Part shown: in pieces, positions 63,816 through 64,000 of the stretch
How positions within the stretch are numbered: the stretch's first letter is position 1
Layout of the letters: the number at the start of each line of letters is the position of its first letter
Notes under the pieces: model-generated
The model's database searches: none
Seen by the model: only the letters and a program-made list of their open reading frames with translations
What the model was told of the DNA's origin: nothing
Translations under genes and position numbers: made by a program
Assembly (NCBI GenBank): GCA_963787665.1
Contig: CAWBDZ010000011.1
Coordinates: 910,774-974,773, forward strand
Reading direction: 5' to 3'
Length of the DNA stretch: 64,000 nucleotides
DNA from: an uncultured Actinomycetota bacterium
GTDB taxonomy: Bacteria; Actinomycetota; Actinomycetes; Streptosporangiales; Streptosporangiaceae

Positions 63816-64000
63816 ATGCAGCGCACAGACTTCGGTGAGATGGCCTGTTCGATCGCCCGGACGCTCGATGTGATCGGTGAGCCGTGGTCACCGTTGATCT
63901 TGCGGAACGTCTACATAGGGATTAGCCGGTTCGACCAGTTGCAGCAGAGCCTGGGCATTTCCCGCAAAGTGCTCGCGGAGCGGCTGAGGTGGCTGGTCCA
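63816..64000 (+). CDS. HxlR-type (MarR-like) transcriptional regulator, N-terminal fragment (runs off window end)
   Basis: MQRTDFGEMACSIARTLDVIGEPWSPLILRNVYIGISRFDQLQQSLGISRKVLAERLRWLV. CSIARTLDVIGEPWS is the HxlR signature. Confidence 0.75.
   Translation, partial: MQRTDFGEMACSIARTLDVIGEPWSPLILRNVYIGISRFDQLQQSLGISRKVLAERLRWLV

Noticed and set aside
1-64000. Search for tRNA, rRNA, CRISPR arrays and IS elements
   Set aside because: I saw no T-psi-C-like GGTTCGAATCC-type motifs in a tRNA context, no rRNA-like conserved stretches, no regularly spaced 25-40-bp repeats, and no transposase- or integrase-like ORFs. A scan by eye could miss a degenerate element.

Overview
Very GC-rich (by eye about 70%, G/C-dominated third codon positions) actinobacterial chromosomal segment with about 58 protein-coding genes. 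I found no rRNA, tRNA, CRISPR array, transposase or integrase. Gene content in order: (a) a two-component pair, a BNR/sialidase-like lipoprotein, a sulfotransferase, a TrmH methyltransferase and two tandem diaminopimelate-decarboxylase paralogs; (b) a lipid/steroid-type catabolic set (SCP-x thiolase + DUF35, SDRs, MaoC hydratase, two FadE, an ADP-forming acyl-CoA synthetase, TetR and a large LuxR/LAL regulator) whose three promoter regions share a TAGAA-N5-TTCTA palindrome; (c) a complete conservon (cvnABCD); (d) housekeeping genes (amidase, ung, phosphoesterase, ppm1, lon); (e) at about 38.0-56.6 kb the most interesting region: two divergent, translationally coupled operons. They encode a lysine N6-monooxygenase, a stand-alone cupin, a truncated MetRS-like enzyme and a DAO-type flavoprotein, which are the four activities of the known Spb38-40/Tri26-28 hydrazine (N-N bond) machinery. 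They also encode four ATP-grasp-fold ligases, a GHMP kinase + CysK/SbnA-like PLP enzyme pair, an ArgH-like lyase, a PF13454-type flavoprotein, a methyltransferase and an MFS exporter, with no NRPS or PKS. I interpret this as a candidate undescribed N-N bond natural-product cluster. (f) Last come a HipA-like kinase/DUF3037 pair, hom-thrC-thrB, chrA and DUF899/HxlR. Four genes carry apparent single-base frameshifts (response regulator, BNR protein, one FadE, the DAO-type flavoprotein). These could be assembly indel errors or genuine pseudogenes. All family assignments come from motif recognition by eye; no database search was run.
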